Part shown: positions 18,300 through 27,231 of the stretch, piece by piece
Layout: each line of letters opens with the position of its first letter
Numbering within the stretch: position 1 is the stretch's first letter
Assembly (NCBI GenBank): GCA_034668865.1
Contig: JAXDOO010000003.1
Span: 1-36,125 of the forward strand
DNA length: 36,125 nucleotides
From: Alphaproteobacteria bacterium
GTDB taxonomy: Bacteria > Pseudomonadota > Alphaproteobacteria > Rhizobiales > Xanthobacteraceae
Reading direction: 5' to 3'
The notes under the pieces: generated by a model
Databases searched by the model: none
What the model was told of the DNA's origin: nothing
Seen by the model: only the letters and a program-made list of their open reading frames with translations
Position numbers and translations under genes: made by a program

Positions 18300-21275
18300 G
18301 TGCCCGCAAAGGGATCGATCATAACACTGCTGTTCAGAATATTGGGACGGCGGGTATTTCTGTCATTCGGGCTCGTCACTTTCCTCATCGTTTTTCTGCT
18401 CTCAGCGGTCACCGTTACGTCGCGCTATGCGATGCAGCGCTATGTAGCCGACCAGGTTGAACGGCTGCCCTGGGACCTGTCGGTCTACCAGACCGCTGAG
18501 GTGCCTCTTGCCGAACGCTTGAGTGGTTCGATAGCGGCTGTTTCGGGCATCGCGGCAGCTGAGCGCCTCTACTTCTTGCGCACGATCCCGCCTTACGCCG
18601 TCTCATCGGTGGTCGATGGCCAGCAGCTGCGCACGCCGTGGCTCTCGCTGCTCATGGCCACCGATCCAAATCTGCTCCCCCCCGATCTTCGCCCGAGCGG
18701 CGATGGAATCTCGCTTGTCTTGGTCGGCTCGAAAGCCCAGATGGGCGACGCCCTGTTGCGTTTGCAGAACCGGAAGCGTTTCGAACTGGTCGCCAAGCCG
18801 CGCGACGATCATGCCGAAGCCGACCACGATCATGACCATAGCCGCGGTCACGAACATCCCCTCGGGATCATTGCCGTCTCGGCGTCCATTCAACGGGTCA
18901 TCCGGGTGGATGCGAGTGAGATCAATCGCTGGTTCCTGGAGAAGACAAGCTCCCCAACACTGGTGCCCGAACTCGGCATGATCCTTGTCGGTTCATGGGA
19001 CCCGAAGCTGATTCTCAATTTCGATGCGGTGTCGCGCGGCTTCATGCATGACCATGGCCATGCCGACATACACGGCAGTCCTGGTGAATATTTTCCCGAG
19101 GTCATCCATCTCGCAAAGCTCGACCGGGCAAACCTGATTTCCGGATGGGACATCGACGGCTCGCTGCATCGGATCATCACCACCGGCAGCCGGATGACCG
19201 ATGACGTACAGGAAATCACCGCAAGCGCGGCGGTTGATCACAATCTTGGCGTCATGTTCCTGCGCATGAGCGATATTGCCAAACGGATCGCTTTGATCAG
19301 TCTTCTGGTGTCGCTTCCACTGCTGTTGATGGCCGGCATCCTGCTGTCCAACCTGTCGGCTTTGCTGCTCCTCAATGAACGTCGCAAGCTGGGCCTGTTG
19401 CGTCTGCGCGGCGTCGCCGGCGGGCTTATTGGCCGAACCCTGCTGCTCGCGGTCGGTATCGGTGGCCTGTTGGGTGGAATGGCAGGCGCCGTACTCGGAA
19501 CGGTCTTGCCGCTGCTGATCTATTTCGGCCGGATCCCGCCAATGGATCTCATCGGCAAAATCCAGGAACCGCTCTACCTCGGACTGTTCCTGGCGGTGGG
19601 TCTTGCGATCGCGCTGCTGACCGGGCGCGGCTTCATCGCGGAGGCCATGCGTGTATCGCCGCTCGACGCTTTGCGCCGTACGGCTGTTTCCCAGACTGGC
19701 TCGACGCAGGTCCAAGCGGGCCCTTTGCAGTGGCTCGCGTTCGTATTGGGAGGGCTGAAAGTAATCGGCTGGATCGCAGACTGGTCTCTCGCCGACATCA
19801 GCAGTGAGCCGTGGGTAGCGGATGCCGACCGTGCGTTAGACTTTGTCGCCTTCCCGCTTTTCATCTATGGGCTGGTCTCGCTTCTTGCCTCTTCCGAACG
19901 GCTGATGTCGGCGATCATGCAGCCGGCCACATGGCTGCTCGCCGGCTCGCTCAAGGAGGCGTCGCTTCGTCACATGACGACCCGGCGGCACCGGGCCGCG
20001 AGTTTCTTGCTCATCGTGGCGCTGATGACGAGCTTGGCGCTTTATCCGACGGTGATGATCGCGGTGTTCGACAACAAGACGGAGCGCGGCGCGCGCGTGC
20101 AGCTCGGTGGCCATCTGCAGGTGACGCTCAACGCATTGGATCTGATGCCGGCTGAGGCGCAGGCCAAGGGCGATTTGAGCGAGCGCCTTGCAAGCTTGCA
20201 GCAAAGGCTCAATCCGCTGCTGGCCGAACTCGGAAAACTGCCTGAGGTACGGCACGTCACCTATATGGTCGAGGGCCTGGTAGAAGGCCTCTATATGCCG
20301 GATCGCGGTTTCAGCGGCCTGCCAATTTATCTGACCGCCGAGCCGGACCGTTACCTGCAGTCGGTCTATCACGAACCGGAGCTGGGCCAGCTCGACTCAT
20401 TTTCTGCGCTCATACATCGCCTTGGCGAAGGCAAGGTGCTGAGTTCTACCTCGGTTGGCACGTTCTACAAGAAATCCCTGGACCAGCCGATGCCGGTGGG
20501 CCGCACCACGGCTGGCAGGCTTGAGCGGGCGCCGTTCGGCGGCGCTGTGCATTTCCTGCCGGGCGTTCCGCTGCGCACGGTGAATGAACGCGAAGGGTTC
20601 ATCAGCGCGCGCGTTGACTATCTCAATCACCTATTCACGAACAGCCCCTATTTGGTCGGCGACGCCAGAAACCAGTCCTTTGCAGATCTCGATGTGCTCA
20701 TCCCGCGCGTCGTTCTCACCATCACCGCCTCGGGCAACGGCATCGCCGGTGAATTCCAAGAACGCGTTCTGAAAACAATCGAAATCAAGCCGCTTGACGT
20801 TCACGACCTCAATACTGAAGTCGCACGCCTCGGGGGTGACATGTACATTTATCTCGCCAGGCAGAACGTGCAAATTTATCTGCTTGGTGGCCTCATACTG
20901 GCGCTGATCGGCATTTTCGCGGTGGCTTACGCCAATTACGTGGAAGACCGGCGAACGTTGGCGCTATTGCGCATCCGGGGGGCGGGCCCGCTTGCGGTCG
21001 TGCGCTTCTTCATGCCCAACATCATCGGGCCGTCGGTTGTCGGTTTCGTCATTGGCGCAATGATGGCAGTCGTCGGAGGTTTTGGCATCACCAGGCTCGT
21101 GTGGGAACTTCGGCAATTGCAGACGGTGCTGAACTATCTGCCGACCCATCTCGCGCTGTCGCAGCAGACGGCGGTCATCGGCGGCATATTGCTCCTGGCG
21201 GTGATTGGCATCGGGGTTGCCTTTGGGCGATGGGTGTTCACCCGAACCGCGCGACAAAGCCTGCTTGAAGACTAG
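18300..21275 (+). CDS. double FtsX-domain ABC permease (991 aa, about 10 TM, two large periplasmic domains)
   Basis: GTG start 37 nt after the ATPase stop. N-terminal TM, ~280-aa loop, FtsX-like TM block (LLSNLSALLLLNERRKLGLLRLRGV...). Then more TMs, a second ~270-aa loop and a second FtsX block (YVEDRRTLALLRIRGAG...). Confidence 0.8.
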   Translation: MPAKGSIITLLFRILGRRVFLSFGLVTFLIVFLLSAVTVTSRYAMQRYVADQVERLPWDLSVYQTAEVPLAERLSGSIAAVSGIAAAERLYFLRTIPPYAVSSVVDGQQLRTPWLSLLMATDPNLLPPDLRPSGDGISLVLVGSKAQMGDALLRLQNRKRFELVAKPRDDHAEADHDHDHSRGHEHPLGIIAVSASIQRVIRVDASEINRWFLEKTSSPTLVPELGMILVGSWDPKLILNFDAVSRGFMHDHGHADIHGSPGEYFPEVIHLAKLDRANLISGWDIDGSLHRIITTGSRMTDDVQEITASAAVDHNLGVMFLRMSDIAKRIALISLLVSLPLLLMAGILLSNLSALLLLNERRKLGLLRLRGVAGGLIGRTLLLAVGIGGLLGGMAGAVLGTVLPLLIYFGRIPPMDLIGKIQEPLYLGLFLAVGLAIALLTGRGFIAEAMRVSPLDALRRTAVSQTGSTQVQAGPLQWLAFVLGGLKVIGWIADWSLADISSEPWVADADRALDFVAFPLFIYGLVSLLASSERLMSAIMQPATWLLAGSLKEASLRHMTTRRHRAASFLLIVALMTSLALYPTVMIAVFDNKTERGARVQLGGHLQVTLNALDLMPAEAQAKGDLSERLASLQQRLNPLLAELGKLPEVRHVTYMVEGLVEGLYMPDRGFSGLPIYLTAEPDRYLQSVYHEPELGQLDSFSALIHRLGEGKVLSSTSVGTFYKKSLDQPMPVGRTTAGRLERAPFGGAVHFLPGVPLRTVNEREGFISARVDYLNHLFTNSPYLVGDARNQSFADLDVLIPRVVLTITASGNGIAGEFQERVLKTIEIKPLDVHDLNTEVARLGGDMYIYLARQNVQIYLLGGLILALIGIFAVAYANYVEDRRTLALLRIRGAGPLAVVRFFMPNIIGPSVVGFVIGAMMAVVGGFGITRLVWELRQLQTVLNYLPTHLALSQQTAVIGGILLLAVIGIGVAFGRWVFTRTARQSLLED

Positions 21276-21480
21276 TGTCCGCTGTTTGTAATGCCGACAT
21301 ACGTGCCGGTTGCAATCGCGCAGTTGGATGTCGACGTCGTGACGATCCGCGCCTGATTGATTATTTCGAGCGTTAAGGCACCTTTCGCGGACCGAGCTTG
21401 GCTAAGCTGGAAGCGATAGGGTGGCGGGCTTCGGCTATTTTTCCGTCATTCAGCTAACGGCACTCACGTGCGAGCCCTGA

Positions 21481-21489
21481 TGGTATAAT
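21481..21489 (+). promoter_or_regulatory. extended -10 element TGGTATAAT (housekeeping-type promoter candidate)
   Basis: A perfect TGnTATAAT in an AT-rich patch of the 413-bp spacer upstream of otsB. No good -35 was seen. Confidence 0.25.
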
Positions 21490-21545
21490 ACCTTTATTTC
21501 TGATAGATTTCTACCGTTTTCGGTGCTCCAGCCGCCTGTCTTAAA

Positions 21546-21571
21546 GGAAACATCGGGCTTGCTCGCGCGTT
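21546..21571 (+). promoter_or_regulatory. weak EcfG-type promoter candidate, GGAAA-N17-CGTT
   Basis: GGAAA at 21546-21550 (one mismatch to GGAAC), CGTT at 21568-21571, 117 nt upstream of the otsB start. Confidence 0.25.
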
Positions 21572-21688
21572 TCTTAAATAGGGTTCGACTTTCAAGGCGG
21601 CGCGGCAGATCACTGTACAAAGTCCCTTCGCTTCGTACGCTCGCAGCGCGGTCCGGCGCGGCGCTGCAATTTTATTTCAGGATAGCTC

Positions 21689-22459
21689 GTGAAACTTGAT
21701 TCCATTGATCCAAGCCAGGTCGCTATTCTCCTCGACGTTGACGGCACGTTGCTCGATATCGCGCTGACGCCGCATGACGTGCGCGTGCCATCCACACTGC
21801 GCAGGACCTTGGAGAAGCTGCAGGAGCGCACCGATGGCGCGCTCGCGCTGGTGAGCGGGCGTTCGCTAAGCGATATCGATCTCATCTTCGCGCCGCTCAA
21901 GCTTTCGGCGGTGGGCGGGCATGGCGCCGAGATCCGGGTGTCGCCGAACAGCAAGGCCAACGGCACCAAGTTGCGATTTCTGGACAAGAAAACGCGCTCC
22001 CGCCTGCTCGAGGTCGCGGAGTTCGACGAAGGCATCATCATGGAGGACAAAGGTTATTCGGTCGCATTGCACTACCGTCTCGCACCGGACAAGAAACGCG
22101 CCATTGAGGACGCCGTCACTGCGATTTGCGGCGAGCTGCCGGAGGGCGCGGTGGAGATCCTGCCCGGCAAGGCGGTAATCGAAATCAAGAAAAGCGGCTT
22201 TAACAAAGGCACTGCCTTGCGCGACCTCATGGCGCATGCGCCCTTTGCCGGCCGCAGGCCGATATTTGTCGGTGACGACGTGACCGACGAGGCGGCTTTC
22301 GCAGTAGTGCCGGAATTCGACGGAATGGCAATCTCGGTCGGACGCATGGTGCCGGGCGTGGCGCAGCGTTTCGAAGCACCGAGCGACGTGCGGCGCTGGC
22401 TTGAGCACATCGCCAGGGACGGGGCAGGACGGCCCGAGGGCAGACAACCGGGAGGATAG
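21689..22459 (+). CDS. otsB: trehalose-6-phosphate phosphatase
   Basis: 256-aa HAD-family ORF with ILLDVDGTLL (DxDGT), LVSGRS and FVGDDVTDE. Directly followed by otsA. GTG start from the track. Confidence 0.85.
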   Translation: MKLDSIDPSQVAILLDVDGTLLDIALTPHDVRVPSTLRRTLEKLQERTDGALALVSGRSLSDIDLIFAPLKLSAVGGHGAEIRVSPNSKANGTKLRFLDKKTRSRLLEVAEFDEGIIMEDKGYSVALHYRLAPDKKRAIEDAVTAICGELPEGAVEILPGKAVIEIKKSGFNKGTALRDLMAHAPFAGRRPIFVGDDVTDEAAFAVVPEFDGMAISVGRMVPGVAQRFEAPSDVRRWLEHIARDGAGRPEGRQPGG

Positions 22460-22462
22460 TTA

Positions 22463-23887
22463 TTGGCCCGCCTCGTAGTGGTGTCCAACCGCGTCGCGGT
22501 TCCGACGCGCGACGGTAAGAGCCAGGCGGGAGGCCTCGCAGTCGCCCTCCGCTCAGTGCTGAAAAACAATTCCGGCCTTTGGTTCGGCTGGAGCGGCGGC
22601 ATCGCTGCGAGCGCCGCAGAAAAGCAGACCCGTACAGCGCAGCATGGCTACATCTCTTACGTGGTCACCGACCTCGTCCATGATGACTACCAGGAATATT
22701 ACAACGGTTTCGCCAACCGGATGCTGTGGCCGATCCTGCATTATCGCCTCGACCTTGCGGAATTCTCCCGCCGCGATCTGGGTGGTTACCTGCGGGTGAA
22801 CGTCCATTTCGCCGAAGAGTTGGAAAAAATTCTGCGACCGGACGACGTGGTTTGGGTGCACGACTATCATCTGATTCCCTTTGCGAAGACACTACGGGAG
22901 CGTGGCCATCGCAATAAGATCGGCTTCTTCCTGCATGTTCCCTTTCCGCCTCCTGAAATCCTCACCGCCCTGCCCAACCACGACCGTTTGATTCCGGACT
23001 TGATCCATTACGACCTGGTGGGCTTCCAGACCGCGAACGACGCCGCCAATTTGGCGCGCTACCTGAGCAAGGAATGCCTCATACCGCGCCGCGACGCCGA
23101 CACCTTCCAGGCTGGCGAGCGTGTCATGCGGATTGGGGTCTTCCCGATCGGCATCGAGACAGTGGAATTCAACCGGTTGGCGCAACGTTCGGTGGTCTCC
23201 CCATTCGTTACCCAGACAGTCGCAAGTCTCGCCGGCCGCGACATGATTATCGGCGTCGACCGGCTGGATTATTCCAAAGGCCTGCGGCTGCGGATGGATG
23301 CATTCGAGGACTTTCTCACCACCCACCCCGATTGGCGGGGAAAGGTGACCTATTTGCAGATCACACCGAAAAGCCGTTCCGCCATCCGGGAATATGAGGA
23401 CATGGAGCGGCAGATCAGCGAAGCAGCCGGACGCATCAACGGCGCTTTTGGCGAAGCCGCATGGACCCCGATCCGTTACGTCAACCGTGCGCATAGCCGC
23501 ACGGCGCTCGCGGGTCTTTACCGCTCGGCGCGGGCCGCGCTGGTCACGCCGCTGCGCGACGGCATGAATCTCGTGGCAAAGGAATATGTGGCGGCGCAGG
23601 ACGAAGAAAATCCGGGCGTTCTTATCCTGTCGCGCTTCGCGGGCGCTGCCTGCGAGCTTGACTCCGCCCTGGTCGTTAACCCGTACGACAGCGAGGGCGT
23701 CGCCGCCTCCATTGCGCGAGCGTTGTCGATGCCGCTCGAAGAGCGCCGCAGCAGACACGACAAAATGTTCCAGGTGTTGCTGGCCAACGACGTCAAATTT
23801 TGGGGCGAGCGCTTCATGACAACTCTGACGCGGCCGCACGCCCTGCCGACCTGGATCGTACGCTCAGGCACCTTCCTCAATGACTGA
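22463..23887 (+). CDS. otsA: alpha,alpha-trehalose-phosphate synthase (UDP-forming)
   Basis: 474-aa GT20 ORF with RLVVVSNRV, WVHDYHL, GFFLHVPFP, DRLDYSKG and RDGMNLVAKEY. TTG start with GGAGGA 6 nt upstream, 3 nt after the otsB stop. Confidence 0.9.
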   Translation: MARLVVVSNRVAVPTRDGKSQAGGLAVALRSVLKNNSGLWFGWSGGIAASAAEKQTRTAQHGYISYVVTDLVHDDYQEYYNGFANRMLWPILHYRLDLAEFSRRDLGGYLRVNVHFAEELEKILRPDDVVWVHDYHLIPFAKTLRERGHRNKIGFFLHVPFPPPEILTALPNHDRLIPDLIHYDLVGFQTANDAANLARYLSKECLIPRRDADTFQAGERVMRIGVFPIGIETVEFNRLAQRSVVSPFVTQTVASLAGRDMIIGVDRLDYSKGLRLRMDAFEDFLTTHPDWRGKVTYLQITPKSRSAIREYEDMERQISEAAGRINGAFGEAAWTPIRYVNRAHSRTALAGLYRSARAALVTPLRDGMNLVAKEYVAAQDEENPGVLILSRFAGAACELDSALVVNPYDSEGVAASIARALSMPLEERRSRHDKMFQVLLANDVKFWGERFMTTLTRPHALPTWIVRSGTFLND

Positions 23888-25705
23888 CGTGGACCCCGGG
23901 TCCCAGGCGGGCGTCTGCTCCGCCCGCTGCTCGGCCGGTTTCACCGCGGCGGTCAGGTTGAAGGCACTGTTGACCAGCGCGACATGCGAGAAGGCTTGCG
24001 GAAAATTCCCAACCAACCTCCCACTGCGAGGATCATATTCTTCGCTCAGCAGCCCAACGTCATTGCACAAGCCGAGCAGCCGCTCGAATAGCTTACGGGC
24101 ATCGTCATGGCGTCCCAACAGGATGTAAGCATCCACCAGCCAGAAGCTGCATGCGAGGAAGGCGCCCTCGCCCGGCGGCAAGCCGTCATCGGTGCTTTCG
24201 GTTGCATAGCGCAAGACGAAGCCGTCGACCGTGAGATGGCGTTCGATGGCTTCGACGGTGCCGCCGATGCGAGGATCTTGCGGCGGTAGGAAACCGACTT
24301 CGGCAAGCAGGAGCAGGCTGGCGTCAAGCTCCGTACCGTCATAGGCCTGCACGAAGCTGCCGAGCTCTGCGTTGTAGCCGCGTTGGCAGACCTCGGCATG
24401 AATTTGCGTGCGCAATTGGCGCCAGCGCTCCTGCGGTCCGGGCAAATTAAATTTTTCCGCGCTCTTGATGGCGCGATCGAAAGCAACCCAGGCCATGACC
24501 TTGGAATAGGTGAAATGCCGGCGCGGGCCGCGCACTTCCCAGATGCTTTCGTCCGGCTCATGCCATGCGTTCTCGAGCCTGCGCAGCATGGCAATCTGCA
24601 AATCCCAGCCTGACTCCAAGGCCGCCAGTCCGCCCAGCCTAGCTTGGTGGAAAGCGTCCATCACTTCGCCATAGACATCCAGTTGCAGCTGGCGATGCGC
24701 GTCATTGCCGATGCGGACAGGCGAGGAATTTTCGTAACCCGGCAACCAGGGGACCTCCCATTCGGTCAGTCTTCGCTCGCCCGCGATGCCATACATGATC
24801 TGAATCTGGTCGGGACTTCCCGCCACCGCGCGGGCAAGCCATGCGCGCCAGTCTTGCGCTTCCTGGTAATAGTCGGCGTTCATCAACGCCAGCAGCGTCA
24901 GAGTTGCGTCGCGCAGCCAGCAGAAGCGGTAGTCCCAATTCCGTTTCCCGCCGAGATGCTCCGGCAAGGACGTGGTCGGCGCCGCCACGATGCCGCCGGT
25001 CGGCGCGTAAGTGAGGGCCTTCAGTGTCACCAGCGAGCGCACCACCGACTCGGGGCAGGATCGCCCGCCGCGGCAGCGCGCTGACCATTCGGTCCAGAAT
25101 TTTTCCGTTATGTTCAAAGCCTGCTTCGGATCCACCGATTTGGGCGCCGGCAGATGAGAAGGCGCGTAGGTGAGCACAAAGGACACACTCTCCCCCGCGC
25201 TGACGGTGAAATCAGCGACGGTGGTGAGGTTCTCGCCATGCAGTTTCACCGATGAGCAGAGCAGGACCATGTCGGGGCCGGCAATGGCGCGGATGCCGCC
25301 GTCCGGGAGCCGCGTTACCCAAGGCACGATCGCGCCGTAGCCGAACCGCAGAATCAACTCGGTGTGCATCGCGACCTTGCCGCGTTCGCCCGTAACGATG
25401 CGTACGACGTCGGACCTGCCATCGCGCAGCGGCATGAAATCGGTGAGCTTGACCGCGCCCTCTTTAGTTTCAAACGTCGTTTCAAGGATGAGCGTGTCGC
25501 CGCGGTATCGCCTGCTGATGCGCGGAGACGGCTCGCGCGGGCTGATCAGCCAACGCCCGTGCTCGCGCGTACCGAGCAGCGCCGCGAAACAGGCATCGGA
25601 GTCGAAGCGCGGCCAGCACAACCAATCCATGGACCCGTTGCGCGACACCAGCACCGCGGTTTCGCAGTCGCCAATTAGGGCATAATCTTCGATGCGTTCG
25701 GCCAT
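23864..25705 (-). CDS. glycoside hydrolase family 15 (glucoamylase/trehalase-like)
   Basis: 613-aa ORF. MAERIEDYALIGDCETAVLVSRNGSMDWLCWPRFDSDACFAALLG is the typical bacterial GH15 N-terminus. The 3' end overlaps the otsA 3' end by 24 nt (convergent). Confidence 0.85.
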   Translation of the reverse strand: MAERIEDYALIGDCETAVLVSRNGSMDWLCWPRFDSDACFAALLGTREHGRWLISPREPSPRISRRYRGDTLILETTFETKEGAVKLTDFMPLRDGRSDVVRIVTGERGKVAMHTELILRFGYGAIVPWVTRLPDGGIRAIAGPDMVLLCSSVKLHGENLTTVADFTVSAGESVSFVLTYAPSHLPAPKSVDPKQALNITEKFWTEWSARCRGGRSCPESVVRSLVTLKALTYAPTGGIVAAPTTSLPEHLGGKRNWDYRFCWLRDATLTLLALMNADYYQEAQDWRAWLARAVAGSPDQIQIMYGIAGERRLTEWEVPWLPGYENSSPVRIGNDAHRQLQLDVYGEVMDAFHQARLGGLAALESGWDLQIAMLRRLENAWHEPDESIWEVRGPRRHFTYSKVMAWVAFDRAIKSAEKFNLPGPQERWRQLRTQIHAEVCQRGYNAELGSFVQAYDGTELDASLLLLAEVGFLPPQDPRIGGTVEAIERHLTVDGFVLRYATESTDDGLPPGEGAFLACSFWLVDAYILLGRHDDARKLFERLLGLCNDVGLLSEEYDPRSGRLVGNFPQAFSHVALVNSAFNLTAAVKPAEQRAEQTPAWDPGSTSVIEEGA

Positions 25706-25706
25706 G

Positions 25707-26756
25707 TCAGGCTGCGATGTCGATGATTACTTTGATATCGCCGCGGCGGTGTTCGAGCGCGTCCTGCCAACGCTCGAGCGGCACCCGCCGGGTGATCAGC
25801 CGGCGCAGCCACGCCTTGTCGGCCTTGGCGAGCGCCTGTGCGGCTGCTTCATAATGCACGCGATTGCCGTTGACGCTGCCGAAGACGACCTGATTGTTCA
25901 GGACCATGGTGCGGTTCCACGCGCCCACGTCGAATTCGGCCGCATGCCCCGCCGGCGAAACCCCGGCAAGGCAAACGATACCACTTGGCGCAACACGCTG
26001 GAGCGCTCCGGTGATCACTGGAACGGCGCCCGTGCACTCGATCAGGATATCCGGCTGCAAATCGACCGCGCCGATATCGCTGGTGTGATATTCTGCGCCA
26101 AGGCCGCGCGCGAGCTCGGGCTTGGGCCCGGTGGCATTGCGGTCGAGAAGATGGACCTCCAGCCCTCGTTGCACCCCGATCAGCGCGGCGAGTAGCCCAA
26201 TGGGACCCGCACCGGTGACGAGAACAATTTTCGGTGGCCATGAACGTGACCGCCGGCCGACGGCTTCGATGTGATCCCATGCCTTGGCAACCACGCTGGT
26301 CGGCTCGATCAACACACCCAGAATCTCCAGGCCGGGATCGACCTTGATGGCGAATTCGGGCTCGATGCGGAACAGCTCGGCGCCGAAGCCGTTGCGCGCT
26401 TTTATGCCGTGCTCGGTATATTCGCCGTTGAGGCACATGTCCCATTCTCCCGCCGCACAGGCCGGGCATGGGACGGGGTCAGGATGGCGCACAAAGCCGA
26501 CGATCAAATCTCCGGGAGCAAAGCCGCTGTCCCGCGGCGCCTGCTCCACCCGCCCTAGGGATTCGTGGCCGAGGATAAGCCGCTCCTGCCCCACGGGTGC
26601 AGCTCCATATTTTCCCGCCATGATCTCGCGGTCGGTGCCGCATACGCCTAGGACGATGGCGCGAGCCAGGACCGAGCCTTCCGACAGCGGCGGCTCCGGC
26701 ACCTCGTCAAGTCGCAGCGAATTCGCCACGCCTGGCAGGACTGTCAGCGCACGCAT
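25707..26756 (-). CDS. Zn-dependent medium-chain dehydrogenase, glucose 1-dehydrogenase-like
   Basis: 349-aa ORF. GVCGTDREI and the GroES-like/Rossmann layout (VLVTGAGPIGLL) resemble archaeal-type glucose dehydrogenases. The stop lies 1 nt before the GH15 start, so an operon is likely. Confidence 0.75.
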   Translation of the reverse strand: MRALTVLPGVANSLRLDEVPEPPLSEGSVLARAIVLGVCGTDREIMAGKYGAAPVGQERLILGHESLGRVEQAPRDSGFAPGDLIVGFVRHPDPVPCPACAAGEWDMCLNGEYTEHGIKARNGFGAELFRIEPEFAIKVDPGLEILGVLIEPTSVVAKAWDHIEAVGRRSRSWPPKIVLVTGAGPIGLLAALIGVQRGLEVHLLDRNATGPKPELARGLGAEYHTSDIGAVDLQPDILIECTGAVPVITGALQRVAPSGIVCLAGVSPAGHAAEFDVGAWNRTMVLNNQVVFGSVNGNRVHYEAAAQALAKADKAWLRRLITRRVPLERWQDALEHRRGDIKVIIDIAA

Positions 26757-26859
26757 GCCTGTTGCTCCCGGAAACCAAAGCTTTCGGGCATGGTTGTTTG
26801 GTGTCCTTTAAAGAGCATGACCTCGTTGGGCTGCAGTCGCGAAAGGCAGGAGATCACGC

Positions 26860-27231
26860 ATGGAAGCCATTGGAAAAAAACGATGGGCAATACCCGAAGG
26901 TTACATCCCTTCTGAGAGCTGTTCGAACGAACGCGCACTGATTTCGCATGAAACGGCCTGCATCCTGAATGCCGGCGACGCCGAGGCGCATATTACGCTG
27001 ACGGTCTACTTTACCAATCGCGAGCCGGTGACTTACCAAGTCGCCGTGCCGGCGCGCCGCACCCTTCATCTCCGCTTCAACGACTTGAAGGATCCCGAAG
27101 CCGTTCCCCTGGACACCGATTTTTCTTCGGTATTTGAATCTGATGTGCCCATCACGGTTCAGCACACGCGGCTTGATTCGCGGCGCGCGGAAATTTCGCT
27201 GCTCAGCACGATCGCCTATGCTCAGGATTAA
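26860..27231 (+). CDS. sensory rhodopsin transducer (ASRT) family protein
   Basis: 123 aa. KRWAIPEGYIP...ISHETACILNAGDAEAHITLTVYF...VPARRTLHLRFNDL...DTDFSSVFESDVPITVQHTRLDSRRAEISLLSTIAY matches my recollection of the ASRT (PF07100) consensus nearly along the full length. AGGAGA lies 7 nt upstream. Confidence 0.7.
   Translation: MEAIGKKRWAIPEGYIPSESCSNERALISHETACILNAGDAEAHITLTVYFTNREPVTYQVAVPARRTLHLRFNDLKDPEAVPLDTDFSSVFESDVPITVQHTRLDSRRAEISLLSTIAYAQD

Noticed and set aside
15378-21688. Possibility that the exported-protein/ABC module is a genomic island integrated at tRNA-Gln.
   Set aside because: There is no integrase, recombinase or phage gene. The only similarity to the tRNA 3' end near the far boundary is an 8-nt match (GGTTCGAC versus GGTTCGAA). 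Base composition looks the same as the flanks by eye. Not supported, though comparative genomics could revisit it.
26770-26795. GGAAA-N17-GGTT upstream of the ASRT gene as an EcfG promoter.
   Set aside because: It has two deviations from the consensus (-35 GGAAA and -10 GGTT), and matches at that stringency are expected by chance. It is not reported as a feature.
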